Position numbers and translations under genes: made by a program | NCBI GenBank assembly: GCA_964531715.1 | Contig: CAZHEE010000006.1 | Span: 9,306-73,305, forward strand | Direction of reading: 5' to 3' | DNA length: 64,000 nucleotides | Source: an uncultured Micavibrio sp. | GTDB lineage: Bacteria; Pseudomonadota; Alphaproteobacteria; Micavibrionales; UBA1664 | The notes under the pieces: model-generated | The model's database searches: none | What the model saw: the letters and a program-made list of their open reading frames with translations, nothing else | Told to the model about the DNA's origin: nothing | In this document: piece after piece, positions 28,847-39,171 of the stretch | Position numbering within the stretch: position 1 is the stretch's first letter | Layout: every line of letters starts with the position of its first letter

Positions 28847-30115
28847 ATGAAACGTGTTGTGATAACAGGAATGGGAATGGTGTCCCCCCTCGGTGTTGGT
28901 GTCGGGCATAACTGGGCGGAAATTACATCCGGAAAGTCGGGCATTCGCAAGGTTGAGAGCTTTGACGTGTCCGACATCCCTTCACGTATTGCAGGGACAA
29001 TCCTTCGCGCAGATGAACCGACAGATGACGGTAAATTCCATGCGGCCTCTTTCGTTGATACGAAAGAACAGAAAAAAATGGATGATTTCATCATCTTTGC
29101 CATGGCGGCGGCGCAGGAAGCAATTGCGGATTCTGGTTATGAGGCCGATACGGATGAGAAACAGTGGCGGACAGGTGTCTTGATTGGCTCGGGAATTGGT
29201 GGACTTGAAACCATTTACGATACATCGCTGCTTATGGAGGAAAAAGGCCCGCGGCGGATTTCACCTTTCTTTATTCCCTCAGCCTTAATTAATCTCGCAA
29301 GCGGTCATGTTTCAATCAAATACGGTTTTAAAGGTCCAAATCACTCGGTTGTCACGGCATGTGCCACGGGAACACATGCGATTGGCGATGCCGCACGCCT
29401 CATTATGTTCGGTGATGCCGATGTCATGATTGCAGGTGGTGCGGAAAGCTCGGTCAATAAGATTGGCATGGCAGGGTTCGCCGCCGCGCGCGCGCTCTCA
29501 ACCGGCTATAATGATAACCCTCAAGCAGCCTCCCGCCCGTTTGATGAAGGCCGCGACGGATTTATCATTGCCGAAGGGGCAGGTATCGTCGTCCTTGAAG
29601 ATTACGAGCATGCCAAGGCACGTGGTGCAAAAATTTATGCCGAGGTTAAAGGCTATGGCTTATCAGGCGATGCAAATCACATTACCGCCCCTGCCGCAGA
29701 TGGGAATGGCGGATATCGCGCAATGGAGGCCGCTATGCGCAATGCAGGCGTGAATGCAGATGAAATCGGCTATGTCAATGCACATGGAACCTCAACCCCT
29801 GTCGGTGACGGGATTGAGGCCGCCGCAGTCAAGCGCATGTTTAAAAATTCATTGGATCATGTTTCCATGTCTTCAACAAAGTCGGCCATCGGGCATTTAC
29901 TCGGCGCTGCCGGTGCTGTTGAAGCCATCTATACCGCGAAAGCTTTAGAGACGGGAATCCTGCCACCAACACTTAATCTTGATAATCCTTCTGAGATATG
30001 TGAGGGGATGGATCTTGTCCCCCATAAAGCGAGAGAGAAAAATGTGACTGCCGCACTGTCCAACAGCTTTGGTTTCGGCGGGACGAATGCTTCGATTATT
30101 TTGACAAAGGTTTAA
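28847..30115 (+). CDS. fabF: 3-oxoacyl-ACP synthase II
   Basis: Motifs RVVITGMG, TACATG, NAHGTST, KSAIGHLLGAAG and SNSFGFGGTN. Confidence 0.97.
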   Translation: MKRVVITGMGMVSPLGVGVGHNWAEITSGKSGIRKVESFDVSDIPSRIAGTILRADEPTDDGKFHAASFVDTKEQKKMDDFIIFAMAAAQEAIADSGYEADTDEKQWRTGVLIGSGIGGLETIYDTSLLMEEKGPRRISPFFIPSALINLASGHVSIKYGFKGPNHSVVTACATGTHAIGDAARLIMFGDADVMIAGGAESSVNKIGMAGFAAARALSTGYNDNPQAASRPFDEGRDGFIIAEGAGIVVLEDYEHAKARGAKIYAEVKGYGLSGDANHITAPAADGNGGYRAMEAAMRNAGVNADEIGYVNAHGTSTPVGDGIEAAAVKRMFKNSLDHVSMSSTKSAIGHLLGAAGAVEAIYTAKALETGILPPTLNLDNPSEICEGMDLVPHKAREKNVTAALSNSFGFGGTNASIILTKV

Positions 30116-30537
30116 GCCGTGTCTTTTTTTTCAAGGAGTTTTTTATAAAACATCACAAGAATATCTGATTGTGGTTGTAGATTTTTTGAAAAACTGATGG
30201 AAAGGTCCTTCAATCTTTCCCGACTGAATTTTTGACCATTTGAAAAATTAAAATAATCCATTTTCCAGTCATAAAATCCCCGCTTTTCTGTCTTTGTATC
30301 AATCAGATATTCAAGATTTTGATGACGTGAGTCTTTTTCAATGTCCGCCATAATCGCGCGGACATTATTCTCCTCACCCTCAAGAATTTGAAGATATTTC
30401 CCCTCCATATAAAACAAAACGCCCGTAATACCTAATACCATGTTTTTAGGCTTGGATACGGCCATGATATCGGCCAGATTTTGTTTTGCTTCCATGTCGG
30501 TTCCGACATGGTCACTAATATATACAATAAGATGCAT
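30112..30537 (-). CDS. Short BLUF-domain (blue-light flavin sensor) protein
   Basis: Motifs IVYIS (Tyr), N..LGITGVL, YLQILEG (Gln), I.KDSRH and RGFYDWKM. Confidence 0.9.
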   Translation of the reverse strand: MHLIVYISDHVGTDMEAKQNLADIMAVSKPKNMVLGITGVLFYMEGKYLQILEGEENNVRAIMADIEKDSRHQNLEYLIDTKTEKRGFYDWKMDYFNFSNGQKFSRERLKDLSISFSKNLQPQSDILVMFYKKLLEKKDTA

Positions 30538-30616
30538 TTTATTCCTTTTTTACGAAAATCAATTTATTTTGGGAACAAAGCAAAGAAAAAAGCGTAATTT
30601 TAATGTAAGTTAATTA

Positions 30617-31390
30617 ATGGAGAGTTTAATGGGTTCCTGTATCATCGAGAAATTCAGTTATTACGGCGATTTGACCGATGATGAAAAAGCAATTCTTGAT
30701 AAGTTCGAAGATAGCAAAGAGCATTACAAGGCGGGTGAAACGGTCTTTACCAAAGGCGAAAAAATAGAAAACCTCTATATCGTTTTTGATGGATGGGGCT
30801 ATATCTCTGCCAACTTGGATACAAGTTTACGGAGTATTTTTGATGTCCGCCTCGATGCCGATTTTATCGGTATTCCTGAGATTTCATTTCAAAATCATCT
30901 CTATGATTTGCATGCTTTGACTGATTTGACTTTATGCCCGTTCCCGCGCAAACACTTAGATGACATATTTTCAAAATCAACACGATTGAGGGATATATTC
31001 TTCTTAATTATATCACGTGAAAAAGCGATTGCGAATGAACGGATTATTTCAATCGGGCGCAGGACTGCTTTTGAAAAAGTGGCACATTTTATTGTCGAAA
31101 TTTCCCTACGCTATGGCATGCTAGGAATGGAAGGACATAATAGCTTTAACTTCCCGTTGAAACAGGAACACATCGCGGATTTACTGGGTTTAAGTCCGGT
31201 TCATGTGAGCCGTGCAATGACAAATTTGAAGAATAACGGCTATATTCAATATAATCGCTCGACCATGCATATTGTGGATCAGGATAAACTTCGTAATCTT
31301 GCCGCTTTCGACCCTTCCTTTGTTTTGAAACCTGACATAAGTTTTGATTATAGCAATGATAATGTTGATAAAAATCAACAGCATGCATAA
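30617..31390 (+). CDS. Crp/Fnr-family transcriptional regulator
   Basis: cNMP-binding-like N-terminal domain, GRRTAFEKVAHF, and HTH LKQEHIADLLGLSPVHVSRAM. Confidence 0.9.
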   Translation: MESLMGSCIIEKFSYYGDLTDDEKAILDKFEDSKEHYKAGETVFTKGEKIENLYIVFDGWGYISANLDTSLRSIFDVRLDADFIGIPEISFQNHLYDLHALTDLTLCPFPRKHLDDIFSKSTRLRDIFFLIISREKAIANERIISIGRRTAFEKVAHFIVEISLRYGMLGMEGHNSFNFPLKQEHIADLLGLSPVHVSRAMTNLKNNGYIQYNRSTMHIVDQDKLRNLAAFDPSFVLKPDISFDYSNDNVDKNQQHA

Positions 31391-31449
31391 TATTTAATAA
31401 TCCAAATGGCCACCTTGCTTTCGCCATAATTTGCCATGATACTGTTTTC

Positions 31450-33483
31450 ATGAGATTTTTCGCTCTTGCACTTTTCCTGCTGTTCTTGCCATTTCAGCTT
31501 TATGCGCAGGAGAGTGAGCAAAATGCGCGGCTTGATATTTATCCATCCCATAATGCAATTATGACGGGTGAGCCGTTTGAGATTGCGATACAACAAACCA
31601 TCCGCAACGGGTGGCACACTTATTGGTATAATGCAGGCGATTCAGGTGAGCCGCTTTCGATAGAATGGGATCCGCCCAAGGACGTTATGGTCAGTGACCT
31701 GAAATTCCCGACGCCAAAGAAAATCTATTACGATCCGCTGGTTAATTATGGCTATGAAGGCGCACCGATTTATCTGCAAAACATTACGCTTTCGGATAAT
31801 TATAAAGGGGATACTCTTACGCTCAATGGGGAGGCTTTTTGGCTCGTTTGTGAGGAAATTTGTATCCCTGAATCGCAAGATATTGCGATTGAAATTCCTG
31901 TGGCGGAAAACCAAAGTGAGATTAATAAAAATATCTTTAAATCAGCCCGCGCCGCAATGCCGCAACAGGTCGACTGGCCTGCTCAACTTTCCCAATATGA
32001 AGGACAGGCAGTTTTAACGCTTAATGTTCCTAAAACATTGTTTAATCAATTCACGGATGTTGAGATTTTCCCTTATGATTGGGGCGTGATGGCAACGACT
32101 GCCACAGCCATTTCCGATATTAATGAAGATGAAGGTACAGTCACTCTTTCCCAAACGTATGGTGACAGAGATATTGCCGAGCTAATCAATCCGCGTTTTG
32201 TTTTGAAAACTGGTAACGCATCTTATGAGGTGGCGGCAGAGACCGATACAATCATGAGTATAGTTCCCGAGGGTGCACCATCACTCATCCTTGTTTTATT
32301 TTTTGCATTTGTGGGCGGCATTATTCTCAACCTCATGCCTTGCGTATTTCCTGTGCTTTCAATGAAAGCGTTAAGTCTTGTCAAGCTTTCAGGGCAAGAG
32401 CGCAAGCATGCAAAGGCAAGCGGACTTGCTTATACGGCAGGGGTGGTTGTATCCTTTCTTGCCATTGCCGCAACTTTGCTTATCCTGCGTGAAGGTGGTG
32501 AAGCCATCGGCTGGGGATTTCAACTCCAGAACTCTTATGTGATTACGGCTTTGGCGGCTTTACTTTTTCTCGTGTCACTTAATCTGTTCGGATTTTTCGA
32601 ATTCGGTAATAAATTAAGCGGCGTGGGTTCAAGCTTTGCAAGTGGCTCAAGCATACGCGCATCTTTTTTCACGGGCGTGCTTGCCTGTCTGGTCGCAACA
32701 CCCTGTACCGCACCTTTTATGGCAACCGCGCTTGGCTATGCAATTATTCAACCCAGCATCATTGCTCTCACAATTTTTGCCATGCTTGGTTTTGGGCTTG
32801 CATTTCCTTACTTGATATTATGCTTCCTGCCGCAGACGCAACGCTTCTTGCCAAAGCCGGGCGCATGGATGGAGCGTTTCAGGCAGTTCCTCGCCTTCCC
32901 GATGCTCGCCAGTGTCATCTGGCTCATCTGGGTGCTTGCAAAACAATCGGGTGATATGGCGTTACTTTATATTCTCAGCCTGTTGCTTTCGCTGGCCTTT
33001 GTTATTTGGCTGTTCAAAACGCATGCTGGCAAGTGGTTAAAAATAGGATTAACCGCCCTTATCGCGCTTCTTTTAATCATTTATTCTGCACATTTATCAA
33101 AGCCTGAAACAGCTGCCTATGAAGATTTTACACGCGCGAAACTTGAACAAACTCTCACCGATAATCCTGGTCAGCCAATCTTTGTCAATATGACTGCGGC
33201 ATGGTGTATTACGTGCCTTGTGAATGAACGGACATCGCTCAATACGGATCAAGTTAAGCAAGCTTTTATCGATAATAATGTCATTTATATGAAAGGTGAC
33301 TGGACCAATCGGAACGAGGATATCAGCCTTTATCTCGAATCCTATGGTCGAAACGGTGTTCCGCTCTATGTTTATTACGGACGGGCAAATGAAGATGGGG
33401 TAAGGCCGCAAGGTCAAATCCTGCCTCAAATATTAACCCCAAACATACTTTTAAACACTCTTGAAGGAGATATAATAAAATGA
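31450..33483 (+). CDS. DsbD/ScsB-like protein-disulfide reductase
   Basis: Signal peptide; N-domain GWHTYW.N.GDSG and CEEIC; membrane NLMPCVFPV and TPCTAPF; thioredoxin WCITC. Confidence 0.9.
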   Translation: MRFFALALFLLFLPFQLYAQESEQNARLDIYPSHNAIMTGEPFEIAIQQTIRNGWHTYWYNAGDSGEPLSIEWDPPKDVMVSDLKFPTPKKIYYDPLVNYGYEGAPIYLQNITLSDNYKGDTLTLNGEAFWLVCEEICIPESQDIAIEIPVAENQSEINKNIFKSARAAMPQQVDWPAQLSQYEGQAVLTLNVPKTLFNQFTDVEIFPYDWGVMATTATAISDINEDEGTVTLSQTYGDRDIAELINPRFVLKTGNASYEVAAETDTIMSIVPEGAPSLILVLFFAFVGGIILNLMPCVFPVLSMKALSLVKLSGQERKHAKASGLAYTAGVVVSFLAIAATLLILREGGEAIGWGFQLQNSYVITALAALLFLVSLNLFGFFEFGNKLSGVGSSFASGSSIRASFFTGVLACLVATPCTAPFMATALGYAIIQPSIIALTIFAMLGFGLAFPYLILCFLPQTQRFLPKPGAWMERFRQFLAFPMLASVIWLIWVLAKQSGDMALLYILSLLLSLAFVIWLFKTHAGKWLKIGLTALIALLLIIYSAHLSKPETAAYEDFTRAKLEQTLTDNPGQPIFVNMTAAWCITCLVNERTSLNTDQVKQAFIDNNVIYMKGDWTNRNEDISLYLESYGRNGVPLYVYYGRANEDGVRPQGQILPQILTPNILLNTLEGDIIK

Positions 33484-34079
33484 GAAAATTACTTTTAACA
33501 ACAGCCCTCTTAATGACAACAAGTGTCGCAGCGATAGCAGCGCCTGTCACGGGTGAGCCCGCACCAGTCTTTACAGCGAACGATACAAAGGGTGTTGAGC
33601 ATACTTTAACAGATTTTACGGGTAAGACAGTTGTCCTTGAATGGAATAACCCTGAATGCCCGTATGTCGTGAAGCATTATGACAGCGGCAATATGCAGGC
33701 CTTGCAGGCGGATGCGACCGCGAATGATGTTGTCTGGCTAACAATTAATTCAGGCGCGGAAGGCAAACAGGGTTTCATGACCGCGGATGAGGCTTACACA
33801 ATGATGACAGAGGTCGGCTCAAACGCAACGGCTTATATCATTGATGATGAGGGTGAAATCGGTTCACTTTATGCCGCCAAAACAACACCGCATATGTATG
33901 TCATTGATGGTGATGGGACGCTTGTGTACCAAGGTGCGATTGATTCCGATCCAAGCTTTAAGCAAGAGGGCATTGAAACCGCAACAAATTATGTCTCTGC
34001 CGCTTGGAAGGCCGTTGCCGCAGGTGAGGAAATCGAAAACGGTACAACTCAACCGTATGGGTGTTCGGTCAAGTATTAA
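33480..34079 (+). CDS. Exported thioredoxin/AhpC-TSA family redoxin
   Basis: Signal peptide, EWNNPECPYV, TTPHMYV, Y.GAID and PYGCSVKY. Coupled to the dsbD-like gene. Confidence 0.85.
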   Translation: MRKLLLTTALLMTTSVAAIAAPVTGEPAPVFTANDTKGVEHTLTDFTGKTVVLEWNNPECPYVVKHYDSGNMQALQADATANDVVWLTINSGAEGKQGFMTADEAYTMMTEVGSNATAYIIDDEGEIGSLYAAKTTPHMYVIDGDGTLVYQGAIDSDPSFKQEGIETATNYVSAAWKAVAAGEEIENGTTQPYGCSVKY

Positions 34080-34282
34080 AAAAGGGTTAAAGTTAGCATA
34101 ATTATACCCATATCTAAGCTGTTTTTAAAAGGATGATGGTTGCCTCCATTGACGCGCCATAAAATACAACAGGAAGGCACATGCCTTCCTCTCAGCTATG
34201 AAAAATTGTTGCAACCTTCATCTTCTATTTATCAGTCCTGAACATAGGCTCTGTTAAGTTTTCTTTTTTACAGAACAATTTA

Positions 34283-35365
34283 TTAACTGTTTAATGACAA
34301 TGAGGCAGGTCGTTTTGGTTTCGGTTCTATCACCGGCTCTTCATAAAGGATGACCTCGGCTTCCTCTTCGGGTAGAGGGTCAGCATCACTGCTCAATATC
34401 GCAACAGGCATGCCATTTCGCGTTTTGACGGCTGTACGAATGACCTGCCAATCCAGTCTGTCTTTGGCATCCCCTGCGACACGATTTAATTCTGCAAATA
34501 AAGTTTCAGGCACGCGATATTCTTTCAATCGCCCGACATCCTCAATTTTATCGGCCAGCTCATCTTCCGCATGGGCTTCCATGTAGAGCATGTCATCAAT
34601 CCAGCCGAATTTTATAGGCTGGCTAATCACTGTGACTTTTGTACCGACAGGGATTTCCTCAAAAACCTTGATAATATCCTCGGGATACATACGAATACAG
34701 CCCGATGAGACGCGCCGCCCTACGCCTAGGGGCTTATGCGTACCGTGAATCAGATATTGCGGCCAGCCCAGATAAAGCGCATGCGTACCGAGTGGATTAT
34801 CATCCCCCGGCGGGACAACTTCGGGTAGGTCTGGATCTTCTTTACGCATTCGGGGTGTTGGTCGCCATGAAGGGCCGTCCTTTTTCCGTGTAATAGTTGT
34901 TTGACCGAGCGGTGTATTCAGCCCCTCGCGCCCGATACCGAGCGGATAGGTTTTCGGCTGCCCATCCTCAGGTGTAAAATCATACATCCGCATTTCGGCA
35001 AGATTAATCACCAGACCTTCACGTGTCACCTCCGGCAAAAGATGCATTTTCGGTAAAGTTATTTTTGTGCCCTCACCCGGAAGCCACGGGTCAACACCGG
35101 GATTGGCGGAGACAATTTCAACATAGCCAAGATTATGCGCCCGCCCAAGTTCTAATAAAGTGTCCTCAAATTTTGCCTTAATAATCTCGGTTTGACCAAT
35201 AGCGTTTAGGACTTTGGCAGGAGCCTGGGCTTCAGTCTCATCTTCAACGACCTGTTCAATCTCGCTCATTTCATCAACCTCTTCTTGCGCGAAAATTGCA
35301 CCGGAAAAGCTCATTACAAATAGAAAGCTAAAAACACTAAAAATACGGTAGATCATGATTATCAT
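34283..35365 (-). CDS. L,D-transpeptidase (ErfK/YbiS/YcfS family)
   Basis: Motifs ANPGVDPWLP, INLAEMR, NPLG and YLIHGT..SSGCIRM. Confidence 0.93.
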   Translation of the reverse strand: MIIMIYRIFSVFSFLFVMSFSGAIFAQEEVDEMSEIEQVVEDETEAQAPAKVLNAIGQTEIIKAKFEDTLLELGRAHNLGYVEIVSANPGVDPWLPGEGTKITLPKMHLLPEVTREGLVINLAEMRMYDFTPEDGQPKTYPLGIGREGLNTPLGQTTITRKKDGPSWRPTPRMRKEDPDLPEVVPPGDDNPLGTHALYLGWPQYLIHGTHKPLGVGRRVSSGCIRMYPEDIIKVFEEIPVGTKVTVISQPIKFGWIDDMLYMEAHAEDELADKIEDVGRLKEYRVPETLFAELNRVAGDAKDRLDWQVIRTAVKTRNGMPVAILSSDADPLPEEEAEVILYEEPVIEPKPKRPASLSLNS

Positions 35366-35412
35366 ATACTATCACCTTTATGGCAAGGCAAAGGCAAATA
35401 TAGAATATCTCT

Positions 35413-38400
35413 CTATAGCCGTGTTAATATATTAGGAAATTTAAGCAAAAGATCATCGTCTATCAATAAACCTAGATTACTGAAAAAAGTGAAATCTTGG
35501 TTATTATCAGATGTTTCGTTTATAAGAGCTGAAGATGTTTGAAAAGAGAAAGACCTTGGAAAATCATTATAAGTATTATAGGCAGCATTTTCCCATGATG
35601 TCGGTATCAAAATCTGAGGGTTCGTAACATCTGCAATAACCGAGGGCGGTTGTAAGCTGCTATAGATGAAACCATCGCCGCTTTCAGTTATCGAAGCCGG
35701 GGGATGACTTAAAAATGTGCGGTTAAAAAGTTCAAAATCACTGTTTAAACCACTAAGAGTATTTGCGGCAGGGTTGGCGGAGTAGACAAGCCACCTACCG
35801 CTTGCGTTTGATACATTCAAGGCAGTCACACCCGCATTATTGATAAAATTCCGCCCTGTATTCAGGGTCATTGCATTGCCTGTACCAGTCGCTTCAATCA
35901 AGCCATTTAAAGTTATATCGGATGTTGCATTCCTTGTTTCCAAATAAACTCTATTGCCCTGAATATTGCCTAGATTCAGTCTATTGGCCTGAACCAAATT
36001 GACCTCGCCACTCGCATTGAGTAAGAGACGACCGCCATTAAGAGCATTCATTTCCGTTTCATCAATTATAACATCACCCCCTATTGCATTAAGGGTTATA
36101 TTGCCGTTATCGGTTTGGATAATACCTGTAGATATATCTGTAATATCTCCGTTTTCTGATATCAGACTGATTGATCGCCCTGTATCAAGAGCGAGCGTAT
36201 CACCCTGTAAATCCAGCGTCACATCATTGGTTGCACGGAGCATAATATCCGCACTGCCTGATAAATATTCAAGATAGTCGGTTGTAAATACGCCATAGCC
36301 ATCGGCGGCAGTGGCACGCTCAATTTCGCTTGATCCAGTTCCTATCCCTTGCAACGCAAAATCGTATTTTGTTGCCTGATATTGTTCCATCACTGCGCGT
36401 TCATTCTCACTTAAATTTCTGTCATAAATTAAGAACTGACCGTGTTTTGAAACTGTATTTGTTTGATTAATAGTATTGCCGTTTTCGTCTCTATAATTTG
36501 ATATATTTGCACCCAGTACAGCCTGATCGTGATCTTTTAAATTTGTCCCTATTCCTAATGCATTGCCGGTTTTCACTTCACCGTTTAATGTCGCTGTAAA
36601 ATTATTCGTTGCGGCATCAAAACCGGCAGAGAGGTGATAAACCTCGTCACCGACAACATTAAATTCCTGAAAGGCTCTTGGGCTACCATCATCGTTATAA
36701 ATCCCGACATGAAGTTTGCTGTTCTCGATATAGGCAATCATTCCATTCGCATCATCGCCCTCAGCATACAAAATTTGTTCTGCTGTCACATCGCTATCCG
36801 TTTCGAAAGTAAAAAGACGGGATGCGCTACCCCTATTTCCTGTATTTATTTGAGCAGAATCATCTATTATAAGACTTATGTTATCATTGATAATAACTCC
36901 CCCATTTCCATTAAGAATTGATGGATTATATGATGCGGAACCTCCAGAAAAATCTGATAAAATACCAGTATTAGCTGTATTATTATTAAACGGAATTGTT
37001 ATTGTTTGTGACGTTATTGCGATAGTTTGATCGTCATAATATTTTAAGTCACTTAAAATTTGCCCTGTAAATATACCCCTATCAACATCTCGCACAGTAT
37101 GTCCATTAAAATCACCGAGAGCGCCTGAGTTGTTACCTGTCCAGCTGTCAAAGTCAGAGGCAGCTGTATCTTGTCCGATTTGATTAGAATTCCAATAAGC
37201 CGTTAAGGTATCAGTAACAGGATTTATATCCCAAGAAAGAACACCAATACCCCTTGGCATGTTCGGATCAGTTGGGGCAATTTGAATATTTGATGCATTG
37301 CCTGCACTAAAACCACCACCCGAACCTGCATGGAAAACAAGGGTACCATCATTTTGAAAACCTACATAGCTCCCTCGGTTAGATCCGCCAGCTTCAAATA
37401 TAGTTCCCCGCGAATTGTCATCAATTGCTAATGCAACCGAAAAAATCGCGCGGCGTGTTCTTTGATCGCTTGCAAAATCTATAATGCTATCAGTCTGAAA
37501 TATTGAGGATGCCCCGCCTATACCTTCTATCGTATTCACTATTACAGGCGCTGCCGCACCATTTTCAGTAAAATCAATATTGACGACTTGCTCATCCGGC
37601 AGATCAATGCTTCCGTCCGTTGACTGAAATTCATCATCGACATTACCGACGATCTTTATCGTATTCGGATCGAGGAGATAGAGCCCTTTATCAAAATCTT
37701 CATGTTGAGTATCAAGAAAGGCAAACCCATCCGCCCTTAAATTTTCTTTCCCCGAGGTTTCTAAAAAACCACCATGACCGCCTGCCGCGCCCCCTTGCGC
37801 AATGACAAGCCCATTAAAATCTGTTGTCATATCCGACCAGAATATGGTACGCCCGCCATCGCCCTCTTGCAATGCGCTGTTGAGAACCAGCGTATTTTCC
37901 TCAACCGTCAATGTTTTTGCGGTTTGCGTATCCCCTGATCCCAGATAATCACCCCCGATTTTAATTGAACCGCCGGCACGATTACCATGCGCCATAAATG
38001 CATCTTCGGTGCGAATTTGATTATCATCTGTCAGATTGGCGTTGCTGTCTTTTGTTATCGCATCTTGCGCGCTGTGACCGCTTGCATCGATAATTGTAGT
38101 CTCCGCAAGTGTGATACGGTCGCCAAGTATTTCGATTTCCCCCCCCTGTTGCCCTGTATTGCGACCCGACACATCAAGATCCGCCTGAACGCTCACGCGG
38201 CTGTCGCCTGTTAAACTTGTATGATTACTGCCTGCCGCGGCGATGATAATTTTACCCCCTTGTTGTGTCACGGCAGGGGCTTTCAGTTCACCTTCTACCG
38301 TAATCAGGCTATTTATACTTTGTCTGGCAGCGGCGGCAGTCATGGCAATTTGACCGCCTTCTGCACTTATTTTCCCTGTGTTTTTAACAATCTGCTCAGC

Positions 38401-39065
38401 GGTTGTGTCATCTTCAATCGCAATGTTCAATAAACCATCACCGTAAAAATCGGCAACGACCGTATCACCCGAGGCAAGTTGAACCCGACCAAGCCTTGCT
38501 GTAATGACCCCGCTATTTTCGACATTCGGGGCAACAAGACCGATAAGGCCGCTGTCTTTTGCAGTGATATGACCTTGATTTATAATTGCGGCTTCAGGAT
38601 TACCAGTAATATCTAAATGATTGTCACCATTCATGAAATCTTCAGTATTAATATTGGCCGTTGTTGCGATGAGTCCATTCACATCAATAACAGATGTTTT
38701 ATCAAAAAAAACGCCATTCGGATTGATAAGAATGATATTGCCATTTGCTGTTAATTGCCCTGCGATACGCGATGGGTCAGAGCTATTTACACGATTCAAG
38801 GCGACCGCCTCATGGCTAGGCTGGTGGAACTCTGTATGCTCATTTACATCTATATCAAACGATTGCCAGTCAATAACTGTACGGTGAGATTGTTGATAAA
38901 TATCTGTTTTTGTCTCATTTTCTATGATCGTTGCTTGCCCGCCTGATACAACACCGTTTTCAGGGTTTGCAAAAGAACTATGACTTACGGAAAACCCTAC
39001 AAGGGAAGAAAGTAAACATAATCCTAAATGATATTGAGATAATTTTAAAATACTCGGCCCCGCAT
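35413..39065 (-). CDS. Filamentous-haemagglutinin-like TpsA exoprotein; 5' start disrupted or non-canonical
   Basis: The frame stays open upstream of the ORF-track start (38799) to 39072 and encodes a signal peptide and TPS domain (SFA-NPENGVVSGG..IDWQSFDI..LNRV..NPNG). It has beta-helix repeats and LamG-like segments. No in-frame ATG/GTG/TTG lies between 38800 and 39072. Confidence 0.82.
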
Positions 39066-39171
39066 GTATAGTTTACAACTTCACCATATTCGTTATGTTT
39101 GTCTGTCAGGGTACAAGACAAAGATTAAGAATATGATAAAGTGTGATTAAACAAATACAAAGGTATGTGAT

